A DNA stretch of 32,000 bases from Pyrodictium abyssi (GCF_036323395.1 NZ_AP028907.1:2160001-2192000); one strand, 5' to 3'; numbered from the stretch's first letter, positions 9,256 through 19,557 are shown. The notes: a model not told the origin generated them from the letters alone. Numbers and translations are program-made.

Positions 9256-10239
9256 ATGGAGAGGCTGGCTCACAGTGTATACCGGGTAGAGGTGCCGCTC
9301 CCAATACCCAGCCTCCGGAGCGTAAACATCTACGTCCTAGCGGGCGGCGAGCCCTGGCTCGTGGACGCGGGGATCTACACGGCCGAGGCGGCGAGGCAGC
9401 TGCTCCGTGGGCTCCGCGAGGCGGGGGTAGGGCCCTGCGATCTAGCCGGGGTGGTTGTCACCCACTTCCACGTGGACCACATGACGCTGGCGCCGCTGCT
9501 AGCCGAGCTAGGCTCCCCAAGCTTCTACATGGGCCGTGGCGACCTCGCGTTGGTCGAGGCGGGGGTGGACGAGTTCATAGACCGGGTGCTGGAGCTCTAC
9601 ACGTGGAGCGGGATGCCCAGGGAGGAGGCGGAGAGGATACGCCAGTACCACCCTGTGGTCCGCATGCTGGAGGCCTATCGGCACGCAGCGGAGCTCGACT
9701 GGAGGCCCCTAGGCGAGGGAGACCTGCTCCGCGCTGGCGGCCTAGAGCTACGTGTAGCCGAGGCCCCGGGCCACACGCCCGGCCACATACTGCTCCAGGG
9801 AGACGGGCTCCTATTCACCGGCGACACGGTCCTCCCCGGCATAACCCCGCACGTGGTGCTCCACAGCCCCGAGGAGGACCCGCTCGGCAGCTACCTCGCT
9901 ACCCTGGAGCGTGTCGAGGCCATGGCCCCGGCGCTCGGACTCCCCGGCCACCGCGGTGTCGTAGGCGACCCAGCGGCCCGTGCCCGGGAGATACGCATGC
10001 ACCACGAGCAGCGTCTCCGCGAGCTCTACGAGCTGCTGAGGCGCCGGGGCCCGCTAACCGGCTACGATGCGGCCAGGCTGATGCGGTGGAGGACACGCTA
10101 CAGCAGCTGGGACGAGTACCCGCCGGCAGAGAGGTTCTTCGCCGTGGGCGAGGCGCTAGCCCACCTGAGGCACCTCGAGGCCCAGGGCCAGGCCGAGCGG
10201 GTGGAGCGCGGCGGCGTGCTAGCGTGGCGCGCCCTATAG
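9256..10239 (+). CDS. MBL-fold metallo-hydrolase (glyoxalase II-like)
   Basis: VVVTHFHVDHMTLAPLL (HxHxDH variant), VAEAPGHTPGHILLQGDGLLFTGDTVLPG, HRGVVGDPAARAREI motifs. Confidence 0.85.
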   Translation: MERLAHSVYRVEVPLPIPSLRSVNIYVLAGGEPWLVDAGIYTAEAARQLLRGLREAGVGPCDLAGVVVTHFHVDHMTLAPLLAELGSPSFYMGRGDLALVEAGVDEFIDRVLELYTWSGMPREEAERIRQYHPVVRMLEAYRHAAELDWRPLGEGDLLRAGGLELRVAEAPGHTPGHILLQGDGLLFTGDTVLPGITPHVVLHSPEEDPLGSYLATLERVEAMAPALGLPGHRGVVGDPAARAREIRMHHEQRLRELYELLRRRGPLTGYDAARLMRWRTRYSSWDEYPPAERFFAVGEALAHLRHLEAQGQAERVERGGVLAWRAL

Positions 10240-10824
10240 CCCGTCGAAGCCGCCGTCGAACTCCATGTCGGCGTCGCCTAGGTCCAGACTCACGTCGTCT
10301 AGGCCGCTGTCTAGCTCGCCGCCGTCCAGGTCCCCACCGTCCCCGGCGTCTACAGCGTCCTCGCCCGGCTCCCCGTCCCAGCCGACGGTCCAGGCGAGGT
10401 CGTCCGCCAGCGCCAGCCCAGTCAGCACACTAAGCAGCATCATAGCCTCCATGGCCGTGAGCAGCCCCAGCATCGGGAGCAGCGGCGCAGCCAGGAGGAG
10501 CTCCCGGGGGCCCCAGCTCCAGTCCTCTGGCAGCCGCTGCTCCTGGAGCAGCTTCTTAGCAGCGACTGCTGCGTGCTCCATCAGCCTCATAGCCTCAGGC
10601 ACAGCGTCTAGCCCCTGGCGGGTGAGCCGCAGCCTCCGCCGCTTCAGTATCAGGCCGCTCCGGTACTCCTCCAGGAGCCCAGCAGCCTTCAGCTCCTCGA
10701 CTATCCTCTCTACCACCTCCCTGGAGACCCGGAGGGCCTTGGCCAACCCCTCTACAGTGTCTATGCCCCGGTGTACCGCTAGGAGCACAGCAGCCTGGCT
10801 AGGCGTAAGACCCTCAGGCGCCAT
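10234..10824 (-). CDS. winged-HTH protein with hydrophobic segment and highly acidic C-terminal tail
   Basis: LTPSQAAVLLAVHRGIDTVEGLAKALRVSREVVERIVEELKAAGLLEE is HTH-like; hydrophobic ELLLAAPLLPMLGLLTAMEAMMLLSVLTGLAL; tail GEPGEDAVDAGDGGDLDGGELDSGLDDVSLDLGDADMEFDGGFDGL. Confidence 0.7.
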   Translation of the reverse strand: MAPEGLTPSQAAVLLAVHRGIDTVEGLAKALRVSREVVERIVEELKAAGLLEEYRSGLILKRRRLRLTRQGLDAVPEAMRLMEHAAVAAKKLLQEQRLPEDWSWGPRELLLAAPLLPMLGLLTAMEAMMLLSVLTGLALADDLAWTVGWDGEPGEDAVDAGDGGDLDGGELDSGLDDVSLDLGDADMEFDGGFDGL

Positions 10825-11111
10825 CCCGCTACCACCTATCTGCGTTCTAACTTATGGTGTATCGGAAACATGGAGGCGAAATAATGTTACTACCTAGCTG
10901 TGCCCTAGCCACACTTGAGAATCATGATAGGCGATAACGAGCTTGCTGGCAGGACCTAAACAACAGCCATGGAGAGTTCTAGGCGGGTTACCGGGGCTGG
11001 AGCTACCGTGGAGGCTAGGTGCTGTAGGCGCTGCTTCTAGGTCTCTACCACCGTGATGGAGGATGGCTTTTACCCCCTGGGTGTATACGCTCTGTATACG
11101 GGGGCAGCGTT

Positions 11112-11339
11112 GTGAGCGTAGTAATTAGTGTACGGGTGCCTCGCTGGGTCAAAGAGAAGCTCGAAGAGCATGGAGTGAATATACCGGAGCTTGTTCGTCA
11201 GAAGCTCATAGAGGAGGCTAGGAGGCTTGAGGAGGAAAGCCTCGATAAAGAGCTAGAGGAGGTCGGCCGCATACTAGCCGAGAAGCTTGACCTCAGCGAG
11301 GTAGTGAGGCTGGTCAAGGAGGACCGCTTGGGCCGGTGA
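11112..11339 (+). CDS. VapB-like antitoxin
   Basis: MSVVISVRVPRWVKEKLEEHGVNIPELVRQKLIEEARRLEEE: CopG/VapB-type N-terminus, directly upstream of a PIN ORF. Confidence 0.75.
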   Translation: MSVVISVRVPRWVKEKLEEHGVNIPELVRQKLIEEARRLEEESLDKELEEVGRILAEKLDLSEVVRLVKEDRLGR

Positions 11340-11349
11340 CAGCGCCGCC

Positions 11350-11790
11350 ATGTACGTGGTGGATACTAGCGTATACGTCCCATTGATAGGTCTTCTCCGA
11401 GGCCGTCTAAGGAGGGTAATGAGTAGGCATAGGTTCCACATACTTGACCTCACGCTGTACGAGGCGTGCAACGTGTTCTGGAAGGAGTGCGCTAAGCTAC
11501 ACAGCATAGACGCTGAGACAGCTAAGCGTGGCTGCCGGCTAGCAGTAACCCTAGCCGCGAAATACGCCATCCTGCATGGGCTGGAGGAGCTAAACCCCTC
11601 CAAGGTGGTCACGATAGCGATAGAAGAGGGTATCACAGTGTACGACGCGTCGTATATAGCTCTAGCCAAGCAGCTAGGTGCGCCAATAGCTAGTAACGAC
11701 CGGGACATATTAGAGGCGGCGCCGAGGCAGAACGTCAGAGCGTATAGCCTTGAAGAGCTCTTAGAAGCCATAGGTGAGCAGCAAGCCTAA
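11350..11790 (+). CDS. PIN-domain toxin (VapC)
   Basis: MYVVDTSVYVPLIGLL, LTLYEACNVFWKE, EEGITVYDASYIALAKQLGAPIASNDRDILEAA: PIN residues. Confidence 0.85.
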   Translation: MYVVDTSVYVPLIGLLRGRLRRVMSRHRFHILDLTLYEACNVFWKECAKLHSIDAETAKRGCRLAVTLAAKYAILHGLEELNPSKVVTIAIEEGITVYDASYIALAKQLGAPIASNDRDILEAAPRQNVRAYSLEELLEAIGEQQA

Positions 11791-11820
11791 ACCAGGATTC
11801 TAATGCCATCGTGGCTGTGG

Positions 11821-13842
11821 CTACTCTGCCCCGGTCCTTTCCGGACCCGGTGCCGCGTCTCTGGGCGCTCGCGTGGCCGGTGCTTCTTGCTTGAGCTTCT
11901 CGGCTAGGTAGTCGAGGATTACCCGGTACCTCTTCATCCTGTGCCTCGGCTTGGCCCGGATGCTGTGACCGTGGCTGCCCTTGGTGAATACTACTAGCCG
12001 GCTCTCCTTGCCGTGGAGGCGCAGGGCTACGTGGAAGGCTACGGCCTGGTCTATGAAGCAGCGGTAGTCCTCCATGCTGTGGATTATCAGTACCGGGGTC
12101 TCTACGCGGTCTACGTAGTTGATGGGGCTGGCGCGCTCGTAGTTCTCTGGTGAGTCCCAGGGTGTGCCGCATATCTGGTCGGGGTCGAACCAGTAGCCGA
12201 TATCGCTGGTGCTGAAGTCTGCTCTCCAGTCGCTTATCCCGTTCTCGCTCACGGCTGCCCTGAACCGGCTGGTCTGGGTTATTATCCAGTTGGTCATGTA
12301 GCCGCCGTAGCTTATACCGGTGACGGCAATCCTCTCTGGGTCGGCGTCCTCTACGCTCTCTAGGAACGCGTCTAGGAACTCCATTATGTCCTGGTAGTCG
12401 CGGGTGCCGTACCGGCACCTTATGTCTGCGTACTCCTCGCTGTAGCCGTCGCTGCCCCGGGGGTTACAGTAGACCACGTAGTAGCCCTTGGCGGCTACGA
12501 GCTGGTGCATGAAGTTGAAGGCTGCGCCGTAGCACGCCTTGGGGCCGCCGTGGATGAAGAGTACTACGGGGTACCGCTTCCCCGGCTCGCGGCGGGCCGG
12601 CGGGATGTACCAGCCCTCGACGGTCTCGCCATCGCTCGCCCTGGCCTTCATGTTGGCGGGCTTCTGTAGCTCGACCTCCCCGAGTAGCCAGTCGTTGAAC
12701 CTTGTCAGCCTCCTCGGCCTGCCCCGGCCGGGCTCGAGGACCCATACCTCGCCGGGCTCGGTGTAGCTGGTCCGGGCGTAGGCCACGGTGCCGCCGTCGC
12801 GCGAGGCGGTGAAGGAGTACACCACTTGCTCGCCGCCTGTGAGCCTCTCGATGCTGCTGGTGCCCGGGTCAGCCCGGTGGATGTTGACCCGGCCGCCCTC
12901 GTTGAGGAGGAACAGTATGCCGCTACCCGTCCAGACCGGGTGGGTGTTCCCCCGCGGCCACGCCGTGTCGCTGGAGACGTAGGGCGCGGTGCTCCTGTCA
13001 AGGCTGCAGGTGAGGCACCGGGGCTCGCCGCTTAGGCTGAGCAGCCAGACGTGGTCGTGGCTCGCGAGGCCCCGTGGCAGCGCGTGGCCGTGGAGGACGA
13101 GCGCGTCTCCCCGGGGGCTCCACTCGACGGCGCTGAAGCTGTAGCTGCCGTTCAGCAGGGTCTCGGTCTCCCCGGTCTCCGGGTCGACTAGCACCACCTC
13201 TGTAACGTGGGGGCGTAGCTGGTCCCTCGACACCAGCGCGGCTATCCTCTTCCCGTCGGGGCTCGGCGACGCGTAGACCACGTTATAGTCTCCGCTGGTC
13301 AGCCTCATGTGTAGCCCGGACTCGTAGTCCACTAGGAGTATGTGGCTCCGGTACTCCTCGGCGAAGCCGGCGCCGTCGAACCAGACTGGTAGGCCGTGTA
13401 TATCCACGTAGTCCCCGTCCTCGTCTACGCGGCGGGCCGGGGTCGGCGCTACGGCGAGGACGGTGCTGGAGTCGGGCATCCACCGTGCCTGGGTGAAGCC
13501 GAGTCGGCTGTGGTACACGCGGCGGGGCTCGCCGCCAAGGTGGTAGACGTAGAGCGCCTCGCCCTTCTCCTCGCCTGCTAGGCCCCGGCGGCTCGTGAAT
13601 AGGAGCTTCCCGCCGTCGGGGCTCCACTGGGGCCGGGAGTCGCCCTCGCCCTGCAGCACGGCCAGCGTCTTGCCGGAGGGCAGCTCGTAGACCCATATCT
13701 CGTTCCGGTACGTGTTCTTCTCGAGGTCGGGCCTCACAGCGACGAGGGCTACTCGGCCCCCGTCGGGCGAGACCTGGGGGTCGCCGACGTGGATGAGGCG
13801 GGAGAAGTCCTCCAGGTCTAGGAGCCGCTTGACTGGGGCCAC
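11821..13842 (-). CDS. S9-family peptidase (acylaminoacyl-peptidase / prolyl oligopeptidase type)
   Basis: N-terminal beta-propeller ([23 protein letters not shown]), catalytic [12 protein letters not shown] (GxSxGG), [12 protein letters not shown] (Asp) and KGSHGH (His). Confidence 0.92.
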   Translation of the reverse strand: MAPVKRLLDLEDFSRLIHVGDPQVSPDGGRVALVAVRPDLEKNTYRNEIWVYELPSGKTLAVLQGEGDSRPQWSPDGGKLLFTSRRGLAGEEKGEALYVYHLGGEPRRVYHSRLGFTQARWMPDSSTVLAVAPTPARRVDEDGDYVDIHGLPVWFDGAGFAEEYRSHILLVDYESGLHMRLTSGDYNVVYASPSPDGKRIAALVSRDQLRPHVTEVVLVDPETGETETLLNGSYSFSAVEWSPRGDALVLHGHALPRGLASHDHVWLLSLSGEPRCLTCSLDRSTAPYVSSDTAWPRGNTHPVWTGSGILFLLNEGGRVNIHRADPGTSSIERLTGGEQVVYSFTASRDGGTVAYARTSYTEPGEVWVLEPGRGRPRRLTRFNDWLLGEVELQKPANMKARASDGETVEGWYIPPARREPGKRYPVVLFIHGGPKACYGAAFNFMHQLVAAKGYYVVYCNPRGSDGYSEEYADIRCRYGTRDYQDIMEFLDAFLESVEDADPERIAVTGISYGGYMTNWIITQTSRFRAAVSENGISDWRADFSTSDIGYWFDPDQICGTPWDSPENYERASPINYVDRVETPVLIIHSMEDYRCFIDQAVAFHVALRLHGKESRLVVFTKGSHGHSIRAKPRHRMKRYRVILDYLAEKLKQEAPATRAPRDAAPGPERTGAE

Positions 13843-13991
13843 TCAGCGTCCCCGCCGTGGCCTGCACCCCTCCGGCTGTAATACAGTGGATGCACGTCTA
13901 CCGTCGAAAAGTGTATTCGACTGTTGCTGGAGGGGAAGGGCTCTTCTACCAGCCCGGGCCCGAGGAAGCGATTCCATATGGCGGCGACGTT

Positions 13992-15041
13992 ATGGCGCGA
14001 GGCAGCGGTATAGCCGGGTGGGGCGCCTACATACCACGCTACCGGGTCAAGGCGTCCGAGATAGCGCGGGTATGGGGCTGGGAGCCGAGCGTCCCACGGG
14101 GCCTCGGCGTCGAGGAGAAGGCTGTCGCGGGCCCCGACGAGGACTCGGTAACGATAGGCGTAGAGGCGGCCCGTAACGCGATCCGCCGCGCCGGCGTAGA
14201 CCCGGCGAGGATCAAGGCGGTCTTCTTCGGCACCGAGTCCAAGCCCTACGCGGTCAAGCCCTCCGCGACGATAGTAGCTGAGGCTCTCGGCATAACCCCG
14301 GAGACCATGGCCTCCGACCTGGAGTTCGCATGCCGCGCAGCTAGCGAGGGGATGAGGGCAGGCTTCGCCCTCATAGAGGCCGGGTACATGGAGTACGCGC
14401 TGGTGATAGGCGCTGACACGGCGCAGGCGAACCCCGGCGACGTCCTGGAGTTTACCGCTGCTAGCGGCGGCGCAGCCTTCGTCCTAGGCCCTGCGGGCGA
14501 CAGCGTCGCGGTCCTCGAGGGCGTGTACACCTACGCTACGGATACGCCGGACTTCTGGCGCGGCGCTCACAGCCCCTACCCGCTCCACGGCGAGGGCTTC
14601 ACCGGCGAGCCGGCCTACTTCCACCACATAGAGAACGCGGTCAAGGGGCTAATGGAGTCCCTGGGGCTCCGCCCCGGGGACTTCGACTACGCGGTCTTCC
14701 ACCAGCCTAACGGCAAGTTCCCGCTCCGCGTAGGCCGCAAGCTAGGCTTCCCCAAGGAGAAAATACTGCCGGGCCTAGTCACGCCAATGGTCGGCAACAC
14801 GTACAATGGGAGCGCGCTCCTCGGCCTAGCCCGTGTCCTCGACCAGGCCAAGCCCGGGCAGAGGATACTCGTAGCTCCCTTCGGCAGCGGCGCGGGCAGC
14901 GACGCCTACAGCTTCGTCGTGACCGATAGGATGGAGGAGCGCAGGGACAGAGCCCCCAAGGTGGACGACTACATCAGAGCGAAGCGCTACATCGACTACG
15001 CCGTCTACGCGAAGATGAGGAGCCTCTACGTACGCATATAG
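13992..15041 (+). CDS. hydroxymethylglutaryl-CoA synthase (archaeal type)
   Basis: From ATG 13992 (the track ORF starts at 13857): [128 protein letters not shown]. Confidence 0.92.
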   Translation: MARGSGIAGWGAYIPRYRVKASEIARVWGWEPSVPRGLGVEEKAVAGPDEDSVTIGVEAARNAIRRAGVDPARIKAVFFGTESKPYAVKPSATIVAEALGITPETMASDLEFACRAASEGMRAGFALIEAGYMEYALVIGADTAQANPGDVLEFTAASGGAAFVLGPAGDSVAVLEGVYTYATDTPDFWRGAHSPYPLHGEGFTGEPAYFHHIENAVKGLMESLGLRPGDFDYAVFHQPNGKFPLRVGRKLGFPKEKILPGLVTPMVGNTYNGSALLGLARVLDQAKPGQRILVAPFGSGAGSDAYSFVVTDRMEERRDRAPKVDDYIRAKRYIDYAVYAKMRSLYVRI

Positions 15042-15064
15042 CCCCTGCTGGGAGGTGGACCCGC

Positions 15065-16219
15065 GTGACCCGCGTATACATAGCAGGCGTCGGCATGGTG
15101 CCTATCGGCCGCCACTACGGCAAGGGCCTCCTAGACCTCGCAGCCGAGGCGGCGTTCCGGGCGCTAGACGAGGCCGGAGTAGAGCCCGACATGGTCGTGG
15201 TAACCAACATGCTAGCCAGCAAGCTCCAGGAGCAGGACAACCTAGGCGCCTACATAGCCTCGGGCATCGGGCTCCGCGGCAAACCAGCACTCCGTGTCGA
15301 AGCGGCCTGCGGCAGTGGCGGCGCCGGAGTCTACACGGCCTACAGCATGGTGCGCTCAGGGCTCGCCCGTAGCGTCCTCGTCGTGGGCGTCGAGAAGATG
15401 ACAGACTACCCGACCTCCACGGTGACCTCGGCCCTAGCACAGGCAGCGGACGCGGAGTACGAGCTGTTCTACGGCGCGAGCTTCACAGGGCTTAACGCGC
15501 TCATGATGCGCTACTACATGGAGCGCTACGGCGTCGACAGGGACACGATGAGCGAGTGGCCGGTGATGATGCACGAGAACGCCCTCAGCAACCCCTACGC
15601 GCAGATCCGCCGCCGTATAACCCGCGAGGACGTGGCCCGGAGCCAGGTGGTCGCGGACCCGATAAGGCTGCTCGATAGCAGCCCCATAGGCGACGGCGCA
15701 GCCGCCGTGGTGCTCGTCTCCGAGGAGGTGGCAGCTAGGCTCCCCGAGAAGCCGAGCGTCTACATAGCCGGCGCCGGCATGGCCACAGACACGGTGGAGC
15801 TGTCGAACCGCGAGGCCCTAGACCGTATACCAGCGGCGAAGACGGCGGCTGAGCAGGCCTACCGGATGGCCGGAGTAGACCCCGGCAACATAGACGTAGC
15901 AGAGATACACGACGCATTCACGATAAACGCTGTGCTCCTCATAGAGGAGCTCGGATTCGCCCCCCACGGTGAGGCGGCGCGGCTACTAGCAGAAGGCAGG
16001 TTCCACCCAGGTGACCGGCCGACGCTCAACCCTAGCGGCGGCTTGAAGGCCCGCGGCCACCCCGTCGGGACCACCGGCGTCTACCAGGTAGCCGAGGTAG
16101 CGATGCAGCTACGCGGCGACTTCCCGGGCGTACGGGTAGAGGGCGCTGAGACCGGTCTAGCGGTCAACATGGGCGGCGACGGCTCCACACTCATAGCCCA
16201 TGTCCTACGCCGCGTGTAA
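15065..16219 (+). CDS. acetyl-CoA acetyltransferase / thiolase (SCP2-thiolase-like archaeal type)
   Basis: RVYIAGVGMVPIGRHYGK, RVEAACGSGGAGVYTAYSMV (nucleophilic Cys), EIHDAFTINAVLLIEELGF, NPSGGLKARGHPVGTTGVYQ; GGAGG SD-like stretch upstream. Confidence 0.92.
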   Translation: MTRVYIAGVGMVPIGRHYGKGLLDLAAEAAFRALDEAGVEPDMVVVTNMLASKLQEQDNLGAYIASGIGLRGKPALRVEAACGSGGAGVYTAYSMVRSGLARSVLVVGVEKMTDYPTSTVTSALAQAADAEYELFYGASFTGLNALMMRYYMERYGVDRDTMSEWPVMMHENALSNPYAQIRRRITREDVARSQVVADPIRLLDSSPIGDGAAAVVLVSEEVAARLPEKPSVYIAGAGMATDTVELSNREALDRIPAAKTAAEQAYRMAGVDPGNIDVAEIHDAFTINAVLLIEELGFAPHGEAARLLAEGRFHPGDRPTLNPSGGLKARGHPVGTTGVYQVAEVAMQLRGDFPGVRVEGAETGLAVNMGGDGSTLIAHVLRRV

Positions 16220-16234
16220 AACAGCGCGGGAGGT

Positions 16235-16687
16235 GTGCACGTGATGGCTCTCCGCATGTCCCCGGTACGCGTCTGGAGGGACCGTGTCCCCCGCTACCGG
16301 CTAGTAGGCAGGGAGTGCAAGCAGTGCGGGCGCCGCCACTACCCGCCGCGCCCAGCCTGCCCCTACTGTGGCTCCAGGGAGCTAGAGGAGGTCGAGCTGC
16401 CACGGACGGGCATAGTGGAGACGTACACCGTGATATACACGGTGATGGACGGGTTCCGCGACAAGGCGCCCCTCACCATAGCGGTCGTGAGGCTCGACGA
16501 CGGCACCCGGGTCCTCGCACCGATAACCGACGCAGAGCCCAGCGAGGTCAAGACCGGGATGAGGGTAGAGGCGGTGCTCCGCCGCATAAGGCGCGACGGC
16601 GAGCACGGCGTGATAGCCTACGGCACAGCGTTCCGCCCAGCACTCTTCTCCAGCGAAGAGGCCGATGACGAGCAAAAACCCAGCTAG
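16235..16687 (+). CDS. DUF35 zinc-ribbon/OB-fold protein (thiolase/HMGS scaffold-like); likely start ATG 16244
   Basis: ECKQCGRRHYPPRPACPYCGSRELEEVELPRTGIVETYTVIYTVMDGFRDKAPLTIAVVRLDDGTRVLAPI: rubredoxin-like CxxC...CxxC ribbon plus OB fold. Confidence 0.9.
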   Translation: MHVMALRMSPVRVWRDRVPRYRLVGRECKQCGRRHYPPRPACPYCGSRELEEVELPRTGIVETYTVIYTVMDGFRDKAPLTIAVVRLDDGTRVLAPITDAEPSEVKTGMRVEAVLRRIRRDGEHGVIAYGTAFRPALFSSEEADDEQKPS

Positions 16688-16827
16688 AAGTCTATGACCC
16701 TACGTCATTATGCCTTGTAGTACTATCTTTTCCTTGCTTTCACCATGATGGGGCGGTAGAGGCTCCTAGAGGGCTCTAGCTTATATCACGTCTTCCCGCT
16801 AGATAGAGAACCCTCTGGGGGCTGTTT

Positions 16828-16986
16828 GTGGTAGAATCGGCCGTAGGCGCGGTGGTTAGCCAGCTCTCCAAGAAGATTCTAGAAAAACTGGAGAAGGGCA
16901 AGAAGCTCTCCGTCGAGGACATACTCTTGCTCTATCTCGACCTCCAGTATAAGGAGCTGAAAGAGCTACACAGCAAGTTAGACTAG
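16828..16986 (+). CDS. small acidic/basic helical protein, 52 aa, unknown function
   Basis: GTG start, not in the supplied track: VVESAVGAVVSQLSKKILEKLEKGKKLSVEDILLLYLDLQYKELKELHSKLD*, stop TAG directly abuts GTG 16987. Confidence 0.55.
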   Translation: MVESAVGAVVSQLSKKILEKLEKGKKLSVEDILLLYLDLQYKELKELHSKLD

Positions 16987-17274
16987 GTGTATAGGGATCT
17001 CACAGGGCGCATGAACTCTGTTGAAGGCAAACTCTCCCAGGAAATCGGCGAGACAAATAGGAGGATAGACGCTGCGAATACCGAGTTGTCAAAGAAAATA
17101 GATGAGACCAATAAGAGAATAGACAGCATACACCTGGATCTCTCAAAGAAGGTGGATGAAACGAACAAGAGAATAGACAATATACACCTGGAGCTGTCAA
17201 AGAAGATCGATGAGACAAACAAAAGGATTAATAAGCTATACGAGCTGCTAGCGGAGATGCTAAGACAGCGTTAG
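16987..17274 (+). CDS. coiled-coil protein with four 18-aa repeats
   Basis: LSQEIGETNRRIDAANTE / LSKKIDETNKRIDSIHLD / LSKKVDETNKRIDNIHLE / LSKKIDETNKRINKLY. Confidence 0.65.
   Translation: MYRDLTGRMNSVEGKLSQEIGETNRRIDAANTELSKKIDETNKRIDSIHLDLSKKVDETNKRIDNIHLELSKKIDETNKRINKLYELLAEMLRQR
17032..17247 (+). repeat. four tandem 54-bp units coding for the coiled-coil repeats
   Basis: Unit starts at 17032, 17086, 17140 and 17194; e.g. ctgtcaaagaagatcgatgagacaaac versus ctctcaaagaaggtggatgaaacgaac. Confidence 0.7.
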
Positions 17275-17360
17275 TACCGGTGTTTGCAGTAGAGTGCAGA
17301 CCAGTTATGCCCTCATGAGCATGGCTGGGGAGTGCCTCTAATACTCCCCCGGGGCTCTAC

Positions 17361-18653
17361 GTGGCCCCTCCTAGGGGCTGCTTCTTGGCCGGTGACTCCG
17401 GGTCCTGGAACGAGAAGATAGAGGAAGTAGTCAAGGGGATAGTGGAGGGCAGGATACGGCTCCACGAGGCGGACCGGATACTGGGCAACGCTAACGCTGC
17501 TGCCCTTGCGCGGCGGCTCGCGCTCGAACGCATGCTCGGCGTAGGCCTCTCGAGCATCGGCAGCACTATTCTCGACTTCGAGGAGATCGTTGGCAGGAAC
17601 ATAGAGAACCCTATCGGCGCGGTCCAGGTGCCTGTGGGCGTCGCCGGACCGCTCCGGGTCAACGGCGAGTATGCCCGCGGAGACTTCTACGTGCCCCTCG
17701 CCACCACCGAGGGCGCCCTCGTAGCCAGCATCAACAGAGGCGCGAAGGCCGTCACGCTGAGCGGCGGGGCACGGGCACGCGTAATCCACGATGGTATGAC
17801 GCGTGCCCCCGCCTTCTGGACGCCGGGCATAGACGAGGCTGTGCGCTTCGTCCGGTGGGTGCGGGAGCGAATAGAGGACATACGCAGGGAAGCAGAGTCC
17901 ACGACCCGGCACGGCAGGCTCATCGAGGTACAGCCGTTCATCGCTGGCAACATTGTCTGGCTCCGCTTCGTCTACAGCACGGCCGACGCGATGGGCATGA
18001 ACATGGCCACCATAGCCACGGACCGGGCCGCGGAATGGATACTCAAGAACTACCCTGGCACGGCTAGGCTCGTCGCCATCAGCGGCAACATGTGCACAGA
18101 CAAGAAGCCAGCAATGATCAACATGCTGCTAGGCCGCGGCAAGACCGTCGTAGCCGAGGCTGTGATAAAGAGGGACGTAGCGCTAAAGGTGCTCAAGGCT
18201 GCGCCAGAGGACATAGACGCTGTGAACCGCGTCAAGAACCTCCTGGGCAGCGCCCGCGCCGGGAGCATGAGCTACAACGCGCACTTCGCCAACATAATAG
18301 CGGCGATATTCATCGCGACTGGGCAGGACGTCGCCCAGGTCGTGGAGAGCAGTATGGGCTACACGTGGACCGAGGTACGGGACGGAGACCTCTACATCTC
18401 CGTGACCCTGCCGAGCCTAGAGGTAGGCACCGTGGGTGGTGGCACCCGGCTACCCACCCAGCGCGAGGCACTCGCGATGCTCGGCGCTGCTGGCGGCGGG
18501 GACCCACCGGGCACGAACGCCCGGAAGCTAGCAGAGATAATCGCCGCCACGGTCCTCGCCGGGGAGCTCAACCTCCTAGCAGCCCTAGCAGCTAACGAGC
18601 TCGCCCGCGCCCACCGGCTCCTGGGCCGCGGCGGGGCCAGGAGCCGGGGCTAG
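17361..18653 (+). CDS. hmgA: hydroxymethylglutaryl-CoA reductase (NADPH)
   Basis: [105 protein letters not shown]. Confidence 0.95.
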   Translation: MAPPRGCFLAGDSGSWNEKIEEVVKGIVEGRIRLHEADRILGNANAAALARRLALERMLGVGLSSIGSTILDFEEIVGRNIENPIGAVQVPVGVAGPLRVNGEYARGDFYVPLATTEGALVASINRGAKAVTLSGGARARVIHDGMTRAPAFWTPGIDEAVRFVRWVRERIEDIRREAESTTRHGRLIEVQPFIAGNIVWLRFVYSTADAMGMNMATIATDRAAEWILKNYPGTARLVAISGNMCTDKKPAMINMLLGRGKTVVAEAVIKRDVALKVLKAAPEDIDAVNRVKNLLGSARAGSMSYNAHFANIIAAIFIATGQDVAQVVESSMGYTWTEVRDGDLYISVTLPSLEVGTVGGGTRLPTQREALAMLGAAGGGDPPGTNARKLAEIIAATVLAGELNLLAALAANELARAHRLLGRGGARSRG

Positions 18654-19510
18654 CTACGGTGTCCCTCGATGTACCTGGCCAGGTCGTTGGGGTTGAGCTG
18701 GTATCGCCACCTAGGCCTAGCCACGGGCATGATGTAGAGCGGGTTTTCCTCCTCGGGTGTTCCTACCACCTTTCTCACCTCATCATCGTGGAACGCGCCT
18801 ATAGCCACGGTAGCGAGGCCTAGAGCTGCTGCCTGGAGGTACACATTCTGCCCAGCGTGACCGACCTCGATGTGGACGTAGCGTATGCCCCTGGCACCAT
18901 ACCTCCTCGTGGTACGCTCATACACAGCTGCGAAGATGAGGTTCACGGGGGCCTCCCGGACCCACTCCTGCTCTAGCGCTGCGTGGTACAGCCTCTCCAC
19001 GAGATCATCCCCCTTCCTCACCTGGACGAGCGCATGGCTGTGAGGCAGGTACCGGTAGGAGCCCGGCTCTAGAAACCCGTCCCCCGTCAGGACCCCCTTG
19101 GGCGCGGCTACAACGTAGACCTCTAGGGGGTAGGTAGCGCCAGCGCTAGGCGACGTCCGGAACCCGTGCCGGGTCTCAGATACCCCCTGCGCGGCCCAGA
19201 GCAGCTGCGCAAGCTCCTCAATGGTTATCGGCTCGTCTGTGTACTCGCGTATAGACCTCCGGTTTGCCAGCGCTTCCTCGAGGCTAACCACGCCACGGAG
19301 ACGCGGCATTGGGAGATAGACCAGCTTGTCTCCGCGGACCGTGCGGTATGGGGCGCTGTAGCGGGCTCGTAGCCTCCGGTAGCCCAGCGGGAGCCCCACG
19401 AGGAGCCCGAGAGAGGAGAGCATAGCAGCAGCTAGGGCCTGGAGGAAGCGTCGCCGGGGTAGCATAGCCTGCCTCCGGGATACAGGGTGGCCTCGGGAGA
19501 GGGGTATCAA
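18650..19510 (-). CDS. SagB/nitroreductase-like oxidoreductase with Tat-type signal
   Basis: [23 protein letters not shown] (RRxFL plus hydrophobic), then [30 protein letters not shown]...[56 protein letters not shown]. Confidence 0.85.
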   Translation of the reverse strand: MIPLSRGHPVSRRQAMLPRRRFLQALAAAMLSSLGLLVGLPLGYRRLRARYSAPYRTVRGDKLVYLPMPRLRGVVSLEEALANRRSIREYTDEPITIEELAQLLWAAQGVSETRHGFRTSPSAGATYPLEVYVVAAPKGVLTGDGFLEPGSYRYLPHSHALVQVRKGDDLVERLYHAALEQEWVREAPVNLIFAAVYERTTRRYGARGIRYVHIEVGHAGQNVYLQAAALGLATVAIGAFHDDEVRKVVGTPEEENPLYIMPVARPRWRYQLNPNDLARYIEGHRS

Positions 19511-19557
19511 TTCTCCTGGAGGGTGTACGGGTCAGCCCCGGAGGGCCTGAGGAGAGT

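Noticed and set aside
9603-10433. 276-aa minus-strand ORF antisense to the MBL hydrolase
   Set aside because: Arg/Pro-rich shadow frame; extends into the HTH gene in the wrong frame.
13283-13867. 194-aa minus ORF over the S9 peptidase
   Set aside because: Overlaps the peptidase N-terminal propeller in a different frame with no protein-like features.
13857-13991. N-terminal 45 residues of the HMG-CoA synthase ORF
   Set aside because: Not conserved-looking; [19 protein letters not shown] at 13992 is the typical start of this family.
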